Source: a virus. Taken from it: a DNA stretch of 64,000 nt. Under the pieces are notes generated by a model, which searched no databases, was not told the DNA's origin, and saw only the letters and a program-made list of their open reading frames with translations. This document shows positions 19,805-28,896 of this stretch, one piece after another. The DNA is taken from the IMG/VR virus record IMGVR_UViG_3300032401_000002, positions 64,001 through 128,000 of that record, one strand, 5' to 3'. The translations under genes and the position numbers were made by a program. How positions within the stretch are numbered: the first letter of the stretch is position 1; every line of letters starts with the position of its first letter.

Positions 19805-21825
19805 GGTAGGATACCATGATCCCTGGCAAATCCGAATGCATCTTCAACGCCTGAGATGGCTTCCTGCGCATAGTGCTGAGCGCCATGGAACTGATTGGAG
19901 GCACTGTGATCCTTATCACTATCCACGTTGATCTTGAACCACTTCTTGGCTTCGGCCGACAACCCAATAGTCTGCTTGGTGTTCTTGTGGCTTTGCTTCT
20001 CATTGGTCTTGCCCATTGCCGACATGAGGTACTTCTTCTCCGCTTGGGCGATTGCGTGCTGGCGCTCTTCACCCTTGGTGCCCTTCTTGTCGAGCTTCTT
20101 GACGATATCGCTGCGTGCGTCCGCGAGGCCCTCTCTCATCTTGTCCCCGCCACCGAACTTCTTGATGACCCCCTGGAAGTCATTCTCGCTTGCAGTGTCG
20201 CCTAGCATGGACAGATCAGCCAATGCCTCGGTCTTACCAAGCACGTTGCCTCTGACGCTATTACTCATCAACTGCTTCAGGTTCATCCCACCAAAGAGTT
20301 CGGGGTTAGAGTCGATCATCATCTGTAGCGATGAGAGTGCGTCCTCTGCCTTCTTGCTTACGGGCCGACCCGCCGTCATGTCTACGTACGCTTGATTGAG
20401 TTCACCCATGTCCTTGAATCCATACGACTTCACTAGCTGATTGCCAATTGACATAGGTGCCTTGAGTCGAGCGCCCAAAGCGTTGGGGCCAATCGTAGCC
20501 TTGGCGTAAGACTGTCCGGTCTGTGCCATCGCCATGAAGGTCTGCGTGCGATCTTGCAGCATCGCCGCGCCCTTCTCGGGACTCATCCCAGTGACTGCGC
20601 TGAAAGCGCTAAGCTGCGCTGCGTACCCAGTTGTCGAGCCTGGCCCGTTCTCGGCCAACTGCGAAGCCAAGCTGACTACCTTCTCAGTGAAGTCGCTCAA
20701 GTTCATGTTGGCCGACTTGGCTGCTTCTCCGAAGCCTGAGATGGTGTCTGTGAACTGAGACATCTCTGTACCGCCAAACCGGATCATCGGGTCGAGCATC
20801 TTCATTGTCGTCTCGGGTGTCATGCGATTGTGAATCTCGAACTGCTTCAGCGTCTCAGCCAAAGTGTCAGCCTGGTCTCCTCCGTAGCCGTACTGTGCCA
20901 ACGTTGCGCGAGCCTGTCTAGCCTGATCTCCTGAGTAGTTGGGATTGAAGCCGAACTTGCTTGACCACATCGATTTGAGATTGCTCTTGAGCGACTCACG
21001 GTAAGCTGGTGACATGAATCCAAACAAGCTACTCTCGCGAGAGTAGCCAAGATCCTGGCCCGCGTTCATTGCCGCGTTCATTGCCCCAAAGTGGCCAGTC
21101 ATAGATCTATGCATGTTCATCACGTTGGCCTTCAGTGCCTGCCCGGTGAACATTGCCTCGCTGGCACGACGAGCAAGTAGCTGCGGCGTACCCATGGCGT
21201 ATTGACCAGTCTCGGGATTCACTTTAAGCTCTGCTGGATCTCCTCGACTTTCTCTACTGCCTAAGTAGGTTCCTGGAGCGAAGTTCTTGAGATTTAGCTG
21301 ACCCTCGGCCGCGTACCCCAACGTCTGGCGTAGGCCGACAGGAATCTCTCCGATGCGCTTCTGAGCCTTGACGAACTGCTGTTCTAGCGAGTCGGGTTCG
21401 TCCCCTCCCGCACCGGCTGGAGCACGAGATGAATGATCAGGTACGTCATACCCGCCAACGTTCTGACCAGGGGGAGGAAGTGGCCCACCGCCAGATCCGC
21501 TACCACCTGTACTTGCTGACCCCCGCACTTCGCCAACAGTCTGGCCGGTCGGGTGTGGAGTGGTGCCTCCCGTGCGGGCCGAAGGTGACTGCATCTCCTC
21601 GGCAACATCACCGGCAACCGAAGCTGCGCTGCTTCTACCACTGCGCACCTGTCCGGTCAGTCCGCCCGCTCCAGCAAGCTGCTCTGCGTAGTCGCCAAGA
21701 GCCACCTTCAGTGTCTCCACTGACGTAGCGAATGAGTTACCGAATGCGATCAACTTCTCAGCATTCTTGTCTTGCAAGAGCTTGAGATCGACCTGGATAC
21801 GGTTGCTTGGCTGGTTACGTGGCAT
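19801..21825 (-). CDS. Tape measure protein
   Basis: 674 aa, Ala/Gly/Met-rich and predicted helical, directly after the tail assembly chaperones. Confidence 0.75.
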   Translation of the reverse strand: MPRNQPSNRIQVDLKLLQDKNAEKLIAFGNSFATSVETLKVALGDYAEQLAGAGGLTGQVRSGRSSAASVAGDVAEEMQSPSARTGGTTPHPTGQTVGEVRGSASTGGSGSGGGPLPPPGQNVGGYDVPDHSSRAPAGAGGDEPDSLEQQFVKAQKRIGEIPVGLRQTLGYAAEGQLNLKNFAPGTYLGSRESRGDPAELKVNPETGQYAMGTPQLLARRASEAMFTGQALKANVMNMHRSMTGHFGAMNAAMNAGQDLGYSRESSLFGFMSPAYRESLKSNLKSMWSSKFGFNPNYSGDQARQARATLAQYGYGGDQADTLAETLKQFEIHNRMTPETTMKMLDPMIRFGGTEMSQFTDTISGFGEAAKSANMNLSDFTEKVVSLASQLAENGPGSTTGYAAQLSAFSAVTGMSPEKGAAMLQDRTQTFMAMAQTGQSYAKATIGPNALGARLKAPMSIGNQLVKSYGFKDMGELNQAYVDMTAGRPVSKKAEDALSSLQMMIDSNPELFGGMNLKQLMSNSVRGNVLGKTEALADLSMLGDTASENDFQGVIKKFGGGDKMREGLADARSDIVKKLDKKGTKGEERQHAIAQAEKKYLMSAMGKTNEKQSHKNTKQTIGLSAEAKKWFKINVDSDKDHSASNQFHGAQHYAQEAISGVEDAFGFARDHGILP

Positions 21826-21846
21826 AATGTGAGAGATGACTAGGGG

Positions 21847-21875
21847 TTGACAAGCGCTCGAAACCCTCGTAGTCT
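21847..21875 (+). promoter_or_regulatory. Sigma70/SigA-type promoter TTGACA-N17-TAGTCT
   Basis: Perfect -35 box and a near-consensus -10 at 17 nt spacing, upstream of the + strand membrane gene. Confidence 0.7.
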
Positions 21876-21915
21876 TAGATTAGAGGGCCGGACGGCCCTA
21901 CTTGAGAGGAGAACG

Positions 21916-22314
21916 TTGAGTACAACCTGGCCCGGCGAAGAAGAGGTCATGGATCGATGGGAGTACGACCACGGTGAAGCTCCTACATTGGAGTTCACTC
22001 GTGAGTATCCCAACATCGCCAACAAGGTTGTGTTCCGGCTCCCGGAGTCTCCCGTCACTGAAGCACCCATGGGTAAACAGGACTTCTGGATGGATTCCTG
22101 GGAGAGTGCCGCATTGTTCTTAACGCTGCTTGCGTTCTTTCCTCTCCTCGTCGTCGTGATCCCAGTCGTTTGGTTCTCGTTGCTCTCCAAGTTAGATACG
22201 CAGCCAGAGGCCAAGGGGCTATTCAACTTCGTTAGCTTCTTCATGGCAATTCTGGTTCTGGGTGGGGCGCTACTGGCCTTATTGGCTGGCCCGATGACCG
22301 CTGGGAGCACTTGA
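21916..22314 (+). CDS. Small membrane protein (2 predicted TM helices), antisense moron
   Basis: TTG start preceded by GAGGAG (the track start at 21847 is actually the -35 box). Two hydrophobic C-terminal segments. Confidence 0.6.
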   Translation: MSTTWPGEEEVMDRWEYDHGEAPTLEFTREYPNIANKVVFRLPESPVTEAPMGKQDFWMDSWESAALFLTLLAFFPLLVVVIPVVWFSLLSKLDTQPEAKGLFNFVSFFMAILVLGGALLALLAGPMTAGST

Positions 22315-22392
22315 GCCTGAGAGTGGGCACTAGAAGGGGTCTGTGCGGGCCTGTATGGCCTCCTAAGAGCTTCCGAGGGCATACGGGGGTAC

Positions 22393-22750
22393 TTACTCCA
22401 CTGCGATGCCAAATCGCCTTAGATCGGCAATGGTAGCCTCGACCTCTTCGTGGCTGAGTCGCTCGTAGTTCTCAAGCTCGTCTTCGTTCAGCGCGCGGGC
22501 GAACAACTCATCCTCGTCAACCTGAGCGCCATCTAGCGCGTCAAGGATCTCCTTGGCTTCGCCGGGGTGCATCGCAATGATCATCGAGCGGAACCTGTGC
22601 CACTCTAGCTCCTGCGCTACTTCCTGCTCGTACACGATAACCGTCAAGAGCGCAAGCTGCTGCACGTCATTCAAGTCGCCCTGTAGGATACCCTGACTAT
22701 GAGCGAGGCGGCAGAGGGTTAGAGCGTGTGCCGACCCGCTGTCGATTTTA
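22393..22750 (-). CDS. Tail assembly chaperone, frameshift-extended part (gpT-like)
   Basis: The -1 frame opens right after a TGA at GCT AAA ATC (22752) and continues into the 93 aa ORF. This is the classic G/GT position before the tape measure gene. Confidence 0.65.
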
Positions 22751-23249
22751 GCTCAAGTTCACTGAATGCCTGTGCTTGTCGTAGAAGCAGGTTGCTGAAC
22801 TCAAGGTAGATCGACTCGATCACGGGGTCGTACCACTTGACTACGCGCTCGAAGTTAGCTCGGATACGCTGAATCGGATCTCGCTCTTCATCGGCGGACA
22901 AAGCAGCCGACAAGGGGCGTCCGTCTAGCGTGAGGATACAGGCTGCCACGTACACAGCCTCGATGGCGTCTCCCATGCCAAAGGACTCGTCGTAGTCCTT
23001 AACTAGAAGGCTGCACGCCAAGCGCTCTCCTCGACGGAGAGTCTTGATCGTGAAGGTGTGACCGAAGACCTCGATGTCTGAAGTCAGATAGCCCAGATAG
23101 AGAAGGCCCTCGACATCATCGTAGATCTTGGGATCGAACTCATCCGCCTTGTCGGCGTTGAGCATGGGCTGGTCTGTTTCCTCGTCACGTTCAACGGTGA
23201 ACCCAGCCGGGCCAAAGTCCACATCGGACTCGAAGTCGGGATTAGACAT
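22719..23249 (-). CDS. Tail assembly chaperone (gpG-like)
   Basis: 176 aa acidic protein between tube and tape measure, with a strong SD (TAAGGAGGT). Confidence 0.75.
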   Translation of the reverse strand: MSNPDFESDVDFGPAGFTVERDEETDQPMLNADKADEFDPKIYDDVEGLLYLGYLTSDIEVFGHTFTIKTLRRGERLACSLLVKDYDESFGMGDAIEAVYVAACILTLDGRPLSAALSADEERDPIQRIRANFERVVKWYDPVIESIYLEFSNLLLRQAQAFSELELKSTAGRHTL

Positions 23250-23283
23250 GATACCTCCTTATCGGCCAGGAGGCGAGAGAACC

Positions 23284-23868
23284 TTAGTGAGTCTCTTGCT
23301 CCCGTGTCATGTACGTGTACATGACCGTCATCGTCTTGATGACCTCCATGGTGCCGATCTCGATCTGCTCGTCGTCCCGGATATCCGTGATGACGACGTT
23401 GTGGTAAAGCTCTGCGTAGTGCTTCACCTTCGGGCCACCGCGAACGCCTGTGTTCGGCGGGTAGATGATCTTCGATGCGTTGACGGGCTTGTTGAGAGCC
23501 GACAGTCGCAGGAAGACTTCAGAAAGGTCGTTGTAGCGAGCGTTGGAGCGCTGTCCAGCCGTGCCGAAGCCACCCGTGTCCGTGATCTTCATGATCTGAT
23601 CCCAGACCTTCTGGCCGTACATCTCGAACAACTGCACCTGTAGGGTGCCAGCGCCGATTGCGGCCGGGGTGATGATCTGGAGCGGGTACTGCTGGTCAAG
23701 AGGCTGGATGGCCACCGGGGTAGCAACGGGCTGCGGAGCCTGATGCGAAACCTGCTGGGCGAATCCAATGACGTGACCGTTCCACCAGAAGCTGGTGAAA
23801 CCGGAACCACCGACGCGGAACGGCTTGGTGCGGTTGAAGATGTTCTGCTGTGCGCTTGAAGATGCCAT
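23284..23868 (-). CDS. Tail tube protein
   Basis: 194 aa directly after the sheath, with a beta-rich tube-like pattern ('GTLQVQLFE', 'YHNVVIT', 'MTVMYT'). Confidence 0.8.
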   Translation of the reverse strand: MASSSAQQNIFNRTKPFRVGGSGFTSFWWNGHVIGFAQQVSHQAPQPVATPVAIQPLDQQYPLQIITPAAIGAGTLQVQLFEMYGQKVWDQIMKITDTGGFGTAGQRSNARYNDLSEVFLRLSALNKPVNASKIIYPPNTGVRGGPKVKHYAELYHNVVITDIRDDEQIEIGTMEVIKTMTVMYTYMTREQETH

Positions 23869-23878
23869 TGTCTAGTCC

Positions 23879-25882
23879 TTAGATGCCCTGGACGTTCGTT
23901 GCGTCCGTTGTGTCGAAGGTTACGCCCTGAGCGGAGTCGATGCTGAAGCTGATCGAGACCTGGTTGAGCGGGTATGCGGGTAGGTAGCTGAAGCGAACCT
24001 CAAGAGCGCTCGCGTCAGACGGGTTCCTACGAACCTGGATCGACTGGTAAGAAACCAGCGCACCCTCAGAGCGGAGACGCTCCAGGACAGCCGTGACGAT
24101 AAGCTGAACTCGGAAGTTCGACTGGTCGTCCAGGACGATCTGGCCAATGACCTCTGTGTCGATGCTCTCGCGGATGTTCTCCATCATGTACTGCTTGGCG
24201 CGAACAACATTGAACTCTCGGCGAACCAGAGTATCCGTTGCGGTGGTGATCGCATGACGTACCTGGATCGTTCCACGCTTGGCCTCAATGACCGTCAGGC
24301 CCGCCTGTGCGTCGGCGTCCTTGTCGGTCTCGGTGCGTGAGTCGTTGACTGATGTGATGACATTGATACGCTTGCGCGTCATCGGAGTCTGCACGGGGTA
24401 GCGACTAAGTGCGCCTGCGAAGGCTGCTGCTACGTACTGACCGCCGAAGAGGGCGTCCACCCCGGTGACGGGGTTAGCGAAGTTGAAGGATGACGGCGAT
24501 ACGAAGAGCACACTGTCAGCCGGGGTGCGAGCACCAATGGCCTGAGCGTGAGCCTGTAGAGTGGCCTTGGAAGCCAAGGCACCACCAGTGCCGTCCTCGC
24601 CTACGATAGCCACGAGCAACTGCTGTTGCTGCTGGGCCATGTAGTTGACATGATCCTGCACCTTCTGTAGAATCTGAAGGTTGAGGGAGTCCGTGACCGT
24701 TGTAGCCAGGTTGCCAGCGGCGATGATCGGGACGATAACGTTTACGTCTTCGATGTCGCGAAGGTTCTTAAGGGTGTCCTCCCAGTCGTTGACACTGCCT
24801 GTCGGAGTCGTGCGCGGGCTACCTTCTGTGAAGAGAGCCTGGACGATCACGCTAGCAGCGCCGTTCTCGAATGCAACCGAAGCTGCGAAAGACACTGGAT
24901 TGAGAATGTTTCCAACTGAGTCGTAAGCCGGGCCGAACTTGTCCTCGACATCACTCTGGCCGAAGCAGCGGGTCGGGAGCCAGTAGTCGCTCGGTGTCGC
25001 ACGGTAAGAGACTCGGACGGCGAGCTTGTCAGCCGAAGCGCCAATCGTAGTCGTTCCCGCCGAACGGCTTAGCTGAAGGGTTGCCCCTGTGCCGGTCAAG
25101 ATGTAGTCCAGATCGGTGGTGGTGCCCTTCTGATAGAGAGCAGAAGTGTTGGCGAATGTGCCGGGTGCTGTCTTGACAACAATGTTGTCGGCAGTTGTCG
25201 GCAGGTTGACCGGAGTCAGGTTGTTCAACTGCACCGCGATGTCGCTGAACTGAACAGCGCCAACTGTGTAGTCGAGGTAGACAGTCTGGAACTTCCTGAG
25301 AACAGTCGCCGTGTTGACCCAAACGATGGTCGGGGTTGCGCCTCCTGCGCCAACGACTGCGTAGTCCGCAACCGGGGCCAGGCCCTCGGTGCCGACCTTG
25401 ACGGTAGCCGATACGGTTCCCGAAGTGCGCTGAGCCGGGGTAGCAAGGCTCGTGCCATTAAGGACGATGGACTCGGTCTTACCGTCACCCTGCGACGGTG
25501 AACCTGAGTTCTCGAAGTACACGACAACCGACTCGCCATTGCCAATGGTGGTCTGCATCGCGCGAACGATGCTGACGATCCCCTGAGTAGTCAAGAGGGT
25601 CGAGTCAACGTTATAGTCTAGATTGGTCAGAGTGGTTGAAGCCCGGAAAGGCTCAAGGGTTACGTTGCTCGCGTCACGAACGACGATGGTGCTGGTGTCC
25701 ACGTTGAGAGCACCAAGCTGGATGGGAGTGTTGTCGTCCAGAACGAACACCTGAACGAAATCCTCATAGCCCTGTCCAGGGCCGACAATGCAGATCGACG
25801 TAGGATCTAGCAGGATGGGCGAGAACGACGGTGATACGATCTCACTGACGGTTACGCCGGGCTTTACGTATGCGAGTGCCAA
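23879..25882 (-). CDS. Contractile tail sheath protein
   Basis: N-terminal 'YVKPGVTVSE', 'AFENGA', 'IQVRHAITT' and C-terminal 'VRFSYLPAYPLNQVSISF' are sheath hallmarks. Confidence 0.92.
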   Translation of the reverse strand: MALAYVKPGVTVSEIVSPSFSPILLDPTSICIVGPGQGYEDFVQVFVLDDNTPIQLGALNVDTSTIVVRDASNVTLEPFRASTTLTNLDYNVDSTLLTTQGIVSIVRAMQTTIGNGESVVVYFENSGSPSQGDGKTESIVLNGTSLATPAQRTSGTVSATVKVGTEGLAPVADYAVVGAGGATPTIVWVNTATVLRKFQTVYLDYTVGAVQFSDIAVQLNNLTPVNLPTTADNIVVKTAPGTFANTSALYQKGTTTDLDYILTGTGATLQLSRSAGTTTIGASADKLAVRVSYRATPSDYWLPTRCFGQSDVEDKFGPAYDSVGNILNPVSFAASVAFENGAASVIVQALFTEGSPRTTPTGSVNDWEDTLKNLRDIEDVNVIVPIIAAGNLATTVTDSLNLQILQKVQDHVNYMAQQQQQLLVAIVGEDGTGGALASKATLQAHAQAIGARTPADSVLFVSPSSFNFANPVTGVDALFGGQYVAAAFAGALSRYPVQTPMTRKRINVITSVNDSRTETDKDADAQAGLTVIEAKRGTIQVRHAITTATDTLVRREFNVVRAKQYMMENIRESIDTEVIGQIVLDDQSNFRVQLIVTAVLERLRSEGALVSYQSIQVRRNPSDASALEVRFSYLPAYPLNQVSISFSIDSAQGVTFDTTDATNVQGI

Positions 25883-25960
25883 GGGTTTCAGAGTCTCCTA
25901 AAGGGTTTCAATCTCAAACCTTAGGGTGGAGTAGACGGCTAGAAAGTAGCGGCCGTGTCA

Positions 25961-27118
25961 TTAGGCTGTAGTCACCGTGCCAAAGCTGGCCTCGCTGCCC
26001 TTGCCTGTGATGTTGACAGTGAGCTTGAAGGTCGGGGTGCCAAAGGTCGGGGTGCTCGTGAATCCTGTTACGTTGGCCGTTCTGTTCACACTCTTGGAAC
26101 CAAAGGCTGCTGCTGACCCAAGACCAGTCACAGACACGTTGATGTGGCCTGTGAATGTCGGGGTGCCGAACGATGCCGCCGAACCGAGGCCGGTCACGTT
26201 GGTCGTCCTTGAGATCTTCAGTGTACCAATCGAGGCCACGGAGTTTAGTCCGACCAGAGTCGTCGTGGTGTTTACCGACAAGACACCGAAAGCCTGCGTT
26301 CCTGTTAGGCCCACAAGCGTGGTTGCCGTGTTCACCTTCAAGGTGCCGAAGGCTGCCGCTGAGCCAAGCGCAGACCCAATCGGGATGAATGTCCATCCAG
26401 GGATGATCGTGGTTGTGCCGAAGCTGGCAGCCGACCCCAGACCTGTGATGTTGACCGTCATGTCTTCTCGGGCTAGCGCGCCAATCTGGGCCGCTGAGCC
26501 AAGACCCGTCACGTTCACCGTGCGACTGATAGTGGTCGTACCGAATGCTGCGGCCGAGCCGAGAGCAGGCGGGAACGCCTGAGTGTTGATCTTGAAGACG
26601 CCGAAGGAAGCCGCCGAGTTGAGTCCAGGGATGGGAACGGTTGTCTTGAACGTGCGTGTTCCGAAGGCTGGCGTGCTGGAAAGCCCGGTGATGTTGACCG
26701 TTCTCTTGTTGCCGACCACGCCGAATGCGGGTACGCTGCTGAGGCCAACCGTGTTGACTGTCCTGCTGATGTAGACGGTGCCAATGCTTGCTGCTGAGCC
26801 AAGTCCAACGAGCGTCTTCTTGTGGTTGACATGCAACGTACCGAACGCTGCCGCCGATGCGAGAGCCGTTGGCGCAACGAACTGGATGTTGTAGGTCTCG
26901 TCCGCCGAGATAACGCCCGTGCCTCGAACCCACTGGTAGTCATCATCGTTATCGGTCTGGTACTCTGCGCCCGTTACAACACCAACAGCCCTGAGGCGGT
27001 TAGGATAGCTGTACGGGTGATTCGGGTCGGGATCGAGGTTGTTGTCCTCGTACTCGAACGGATTCGACCAAGCAAGCTCGGGATGATCGCTGAACGGAAG
27101 AATGAGAGTGCTAGACAT
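25961..27118 (-). CDS. Virion protein made of ~15 tandem VxGLxSxxxFGT repeats (neck/collar fibre candidate)
   Basis: 385 aa. A ~19-aa repeat fills residues ~80-385. Located between the neck genes and the sheath. Confidence 0.7.
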   Translation of the reverse strand: MSSTLILPFSDHPELAWSNPFEYEDNNLDPDPNHPYSYPNRLRAVGVVTGAEYQTDNDDDYQWVRGTGVISADETYNIQFVAPTALASAAAFGTLHVNHKKTLVGLGSAASIGTVYISRTVNTVGLSSVPAFGVVGNKRTVNITGLSSTPAFGTRTFKTTVPIPGLNSAASFGVFKINTQAFPPALGSAAAFGTTTISRTVNVTGLGSAAQIGALAREDMTVNITGLGSAASFGTTTIIPGWTFIPIGSALGSAAAFGTLKVNTATTLVGLTGTQAFGVLSVNTTTTLVGLNSVASIGTLKISRTTNVTGLGSAASFGTPTFTGHINVSVTGLGSAAAFGSKSVNRTANVTGFTSTPTFGTPTFKLTVNITGKGSEASFGTVTTA

Positions 27119-27782
27119 CGAAGTCCACCGGCTGTTCGAACTGCGGATACGACTGTGACTCTACTCGCGTGATGAATGACCACTGATCCTGCGGGTAGGT
27201 GTTGTAGAAGCCACCATGGATCTCGATGTTCAAGTCTGACGAGTACACCAACACGTCCTCGGGAGACCATGGGGCGATCTGGGCCGTGACGCCACCGTCG
27301 TTGATTTCGTCCACGTTGAGCATCAACTGGCTGAATGCCAGCATGAGGGGGTCATCGGGTGACCCATAGATGCTGGTGAAGAAGTTACCTAGCTGGGCGT
27401 CAAGACGACCGAAGCTCAGAACCTCGACCAGTGAGTCCACCAGGAGGTCAAGGTCGAGAGGGGTCAGGGCGTGGCATGAGAAGTTCAACGTGCCCTCGAA
27501 GCGACGATGATTCCACTTTCTGAGGATTTCGTTGTCGTCTAGGAACCACTCTTCGTGACCCACGCCAGCGTTGATGATCCTCTGGCCGTTGTACTCTACC
27601 ACGATAGACGGGTAGTCCAACTTGACGAGGGGATAGTGCGGCGTGATCTTGAGATCGACAAGCTGACGCTCGCGCGTGTAAGCCGTGTCGTAGACTGCAT
27701 GCAGGGCGTTGACGATCCCTCGCAGGACAAGTCGGCGATAGGAGGTAACAGAAAGATCAGTTGTGCGGAGCGCTTCACTCAT
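27111..27782 (-). CDS. Tail terminator/neck protein
   Basis: 223 aa with 'YPLVKLDYPSIVVEY'. Position before the sheath. Confidence 0.6.
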   Translation of the reverse strand: MSEALRTTDLSVTSYRRLVLRGIVNALHAVYDTAYTRERQLVDLKITPHYPLVKLDYPSIVVEYNGQRIINAGVGHEEWFLDDNEILRKWNHRRFEGTLNFSCHALTPLDLDLLVDSLVEVLSFGRLDAQLGNFFTSIYGSPDDPLMLAFSQLMLNVDEINDGGVTAQIAPWSPEDVLVYSSDLNIEIHGGFYNTYPQDQWSFITRVESQSYPQFEQPVDFDV

Positions 27783-28114
27783 ACTCTCAACCCATCGAGA
27801 AGGCTTTGTACGAACACTTGAGTCTCGGAGCTATCTGACATAGCTTCCTCCATCGAATCAAGACCAATCTGTGTGACTTGCGTGTAGATGCTTTGATCGA
27901 GCAGGATAGCCTTCACCATGGCATCTTTGGTCTCCAGGCGATACCCGTATTCGCCATCATCCAGAGTGGCCTTGAAGGGTGCCCATGATCGTCTTAGGCC
28001 CTTGACGTTTGCGTCAGACTGACCCTGGATCAGGAGCGGCAAGATCTCTGTTCGCGCTCGTCGGTTGGCGATCTTGACGGCTAGTCTGACCACGCTCTGC
28101 TGTGCGGTAGGCAT
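27779..28114 (-). CDS. Hypothetical neck-region protein
   Basis: 111 aa, coupled to both neighbours. Confidence 0.55.
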   Translation of the reverse strand: MPTAQQSVVRLAVKIANRRARTEILPLLIQGQSDANVKGLRRSWAPFKATLDDGEYGYRLETKDAMVKAILLDQSIYTQVTQIGLDSMEEAMSDSSETQVFVQSLLDGLRV

Positions 28115-28896
28115 TAGACGGTCGTAACCAATCCGAAGTCGTGCGCGTTCGTCAGCCCAACGGGCCTCTTGCTACTATTGACAACCAAGTCGCTGAAGTA
28201 GATTGAATCTACGGGAACCCCGTACAAGGCACTGTTGGTCGGAGCCTTGCTCATCTGGAAACTCTGCCCCACCTGGAATGGCTGATGACCACTGCGCTGC
28301 GCTCCTCGTCTACCTAGGCCGCGCATGGTGATCTGCTGAACGCGCTTCAACTGGAATCGATCATGCATGTCGGTGATCGTGTAGCCATCCTGATCTAGCA
28401 CAACGTTGATGCAGAGATCGTTGTCGCCCAGTCTGGGGTACCAAGGGGCCACACCTTCTGCATCGAAGGTCTGGATCATCACACCCTGCTCGTTGACTCG
28501 GAAGACATCAATTGCTACGTCAGGCTCAAGGAGCCAAGTCAGAAGTGGATTGGCGAAGCCTCCGTAACGAGGGGCCTTGATTGATCCATTCGGCTGCGCG
28601 CCCGTCACGAGTTGTCCGTCAGTGGTGACCCAGACATCGAACGGATTGTCCTCGACTGACACGAATCCGAAGCTGTAGCAAACTGGGCAATCGTTTCGCG
28701 TCTGCTCGTACACTGAATCGAAGCAGGCCGGGCACTTCTTGGCTTCGCCGTTCTCGACATCGTCTAGGTTGTACATGTGACGAAAGACAACAGGCTGGCC
28801 CATCTTGCGACACAGATCCATGTTCTCGCGACGAAGTCTCTTGATCTCCTGCGGAGTGTTCGGCGGGCCGACCTCGCGAAAGGTTACGTACCGCAC
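28114..28896 (-). CDS. Head-tail joining protein with CxxC...CxxC zinc motif
   Basis: 'CPACFD...CPVCYSFGF', in the neck position. Confidence 0.6.
   Translation of the reverse strand: MRYVTFREVGPPNTPQEIKRLRRENMDLCRKMGQPVVFRHMYNLDDVENGEAKKCPACFDSVYEQTRNDCPVCYSFGFVSVEDNPFDVWVTTDGQLVTGAQPNGSIKAPRYGGFANPLLTWLLEPDVAIDVFRVNEQGVMIQTFDAEGVAPWYPRLGDNDLCINVVLDQDGYTITDMHDRFQLKRVQQITMRGLGRRGAQRSGHQPFQVGQSFQMSKAPTNSALYGVPVDSIYFSDLVVNSSKRPVGLTNAHDFGLVTTV

Noticed and set aside
25914-26933. 339 aa alternative-frame ORF (and antisense ORF 25977..26582) over the repeat gene
   Set aside because: These are shadows of the repetitive, GC-rich 25961..27118 gene. They have R/H/Q-rich non-protein-like composition and no SD.
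25961-26960. CRISPR-like periodicity (~57 nt) in the DNA
   Set aside because: The repeats are degenerate at synonymous positions and in frame, so they are protein repeats and not repeat-spacer units.
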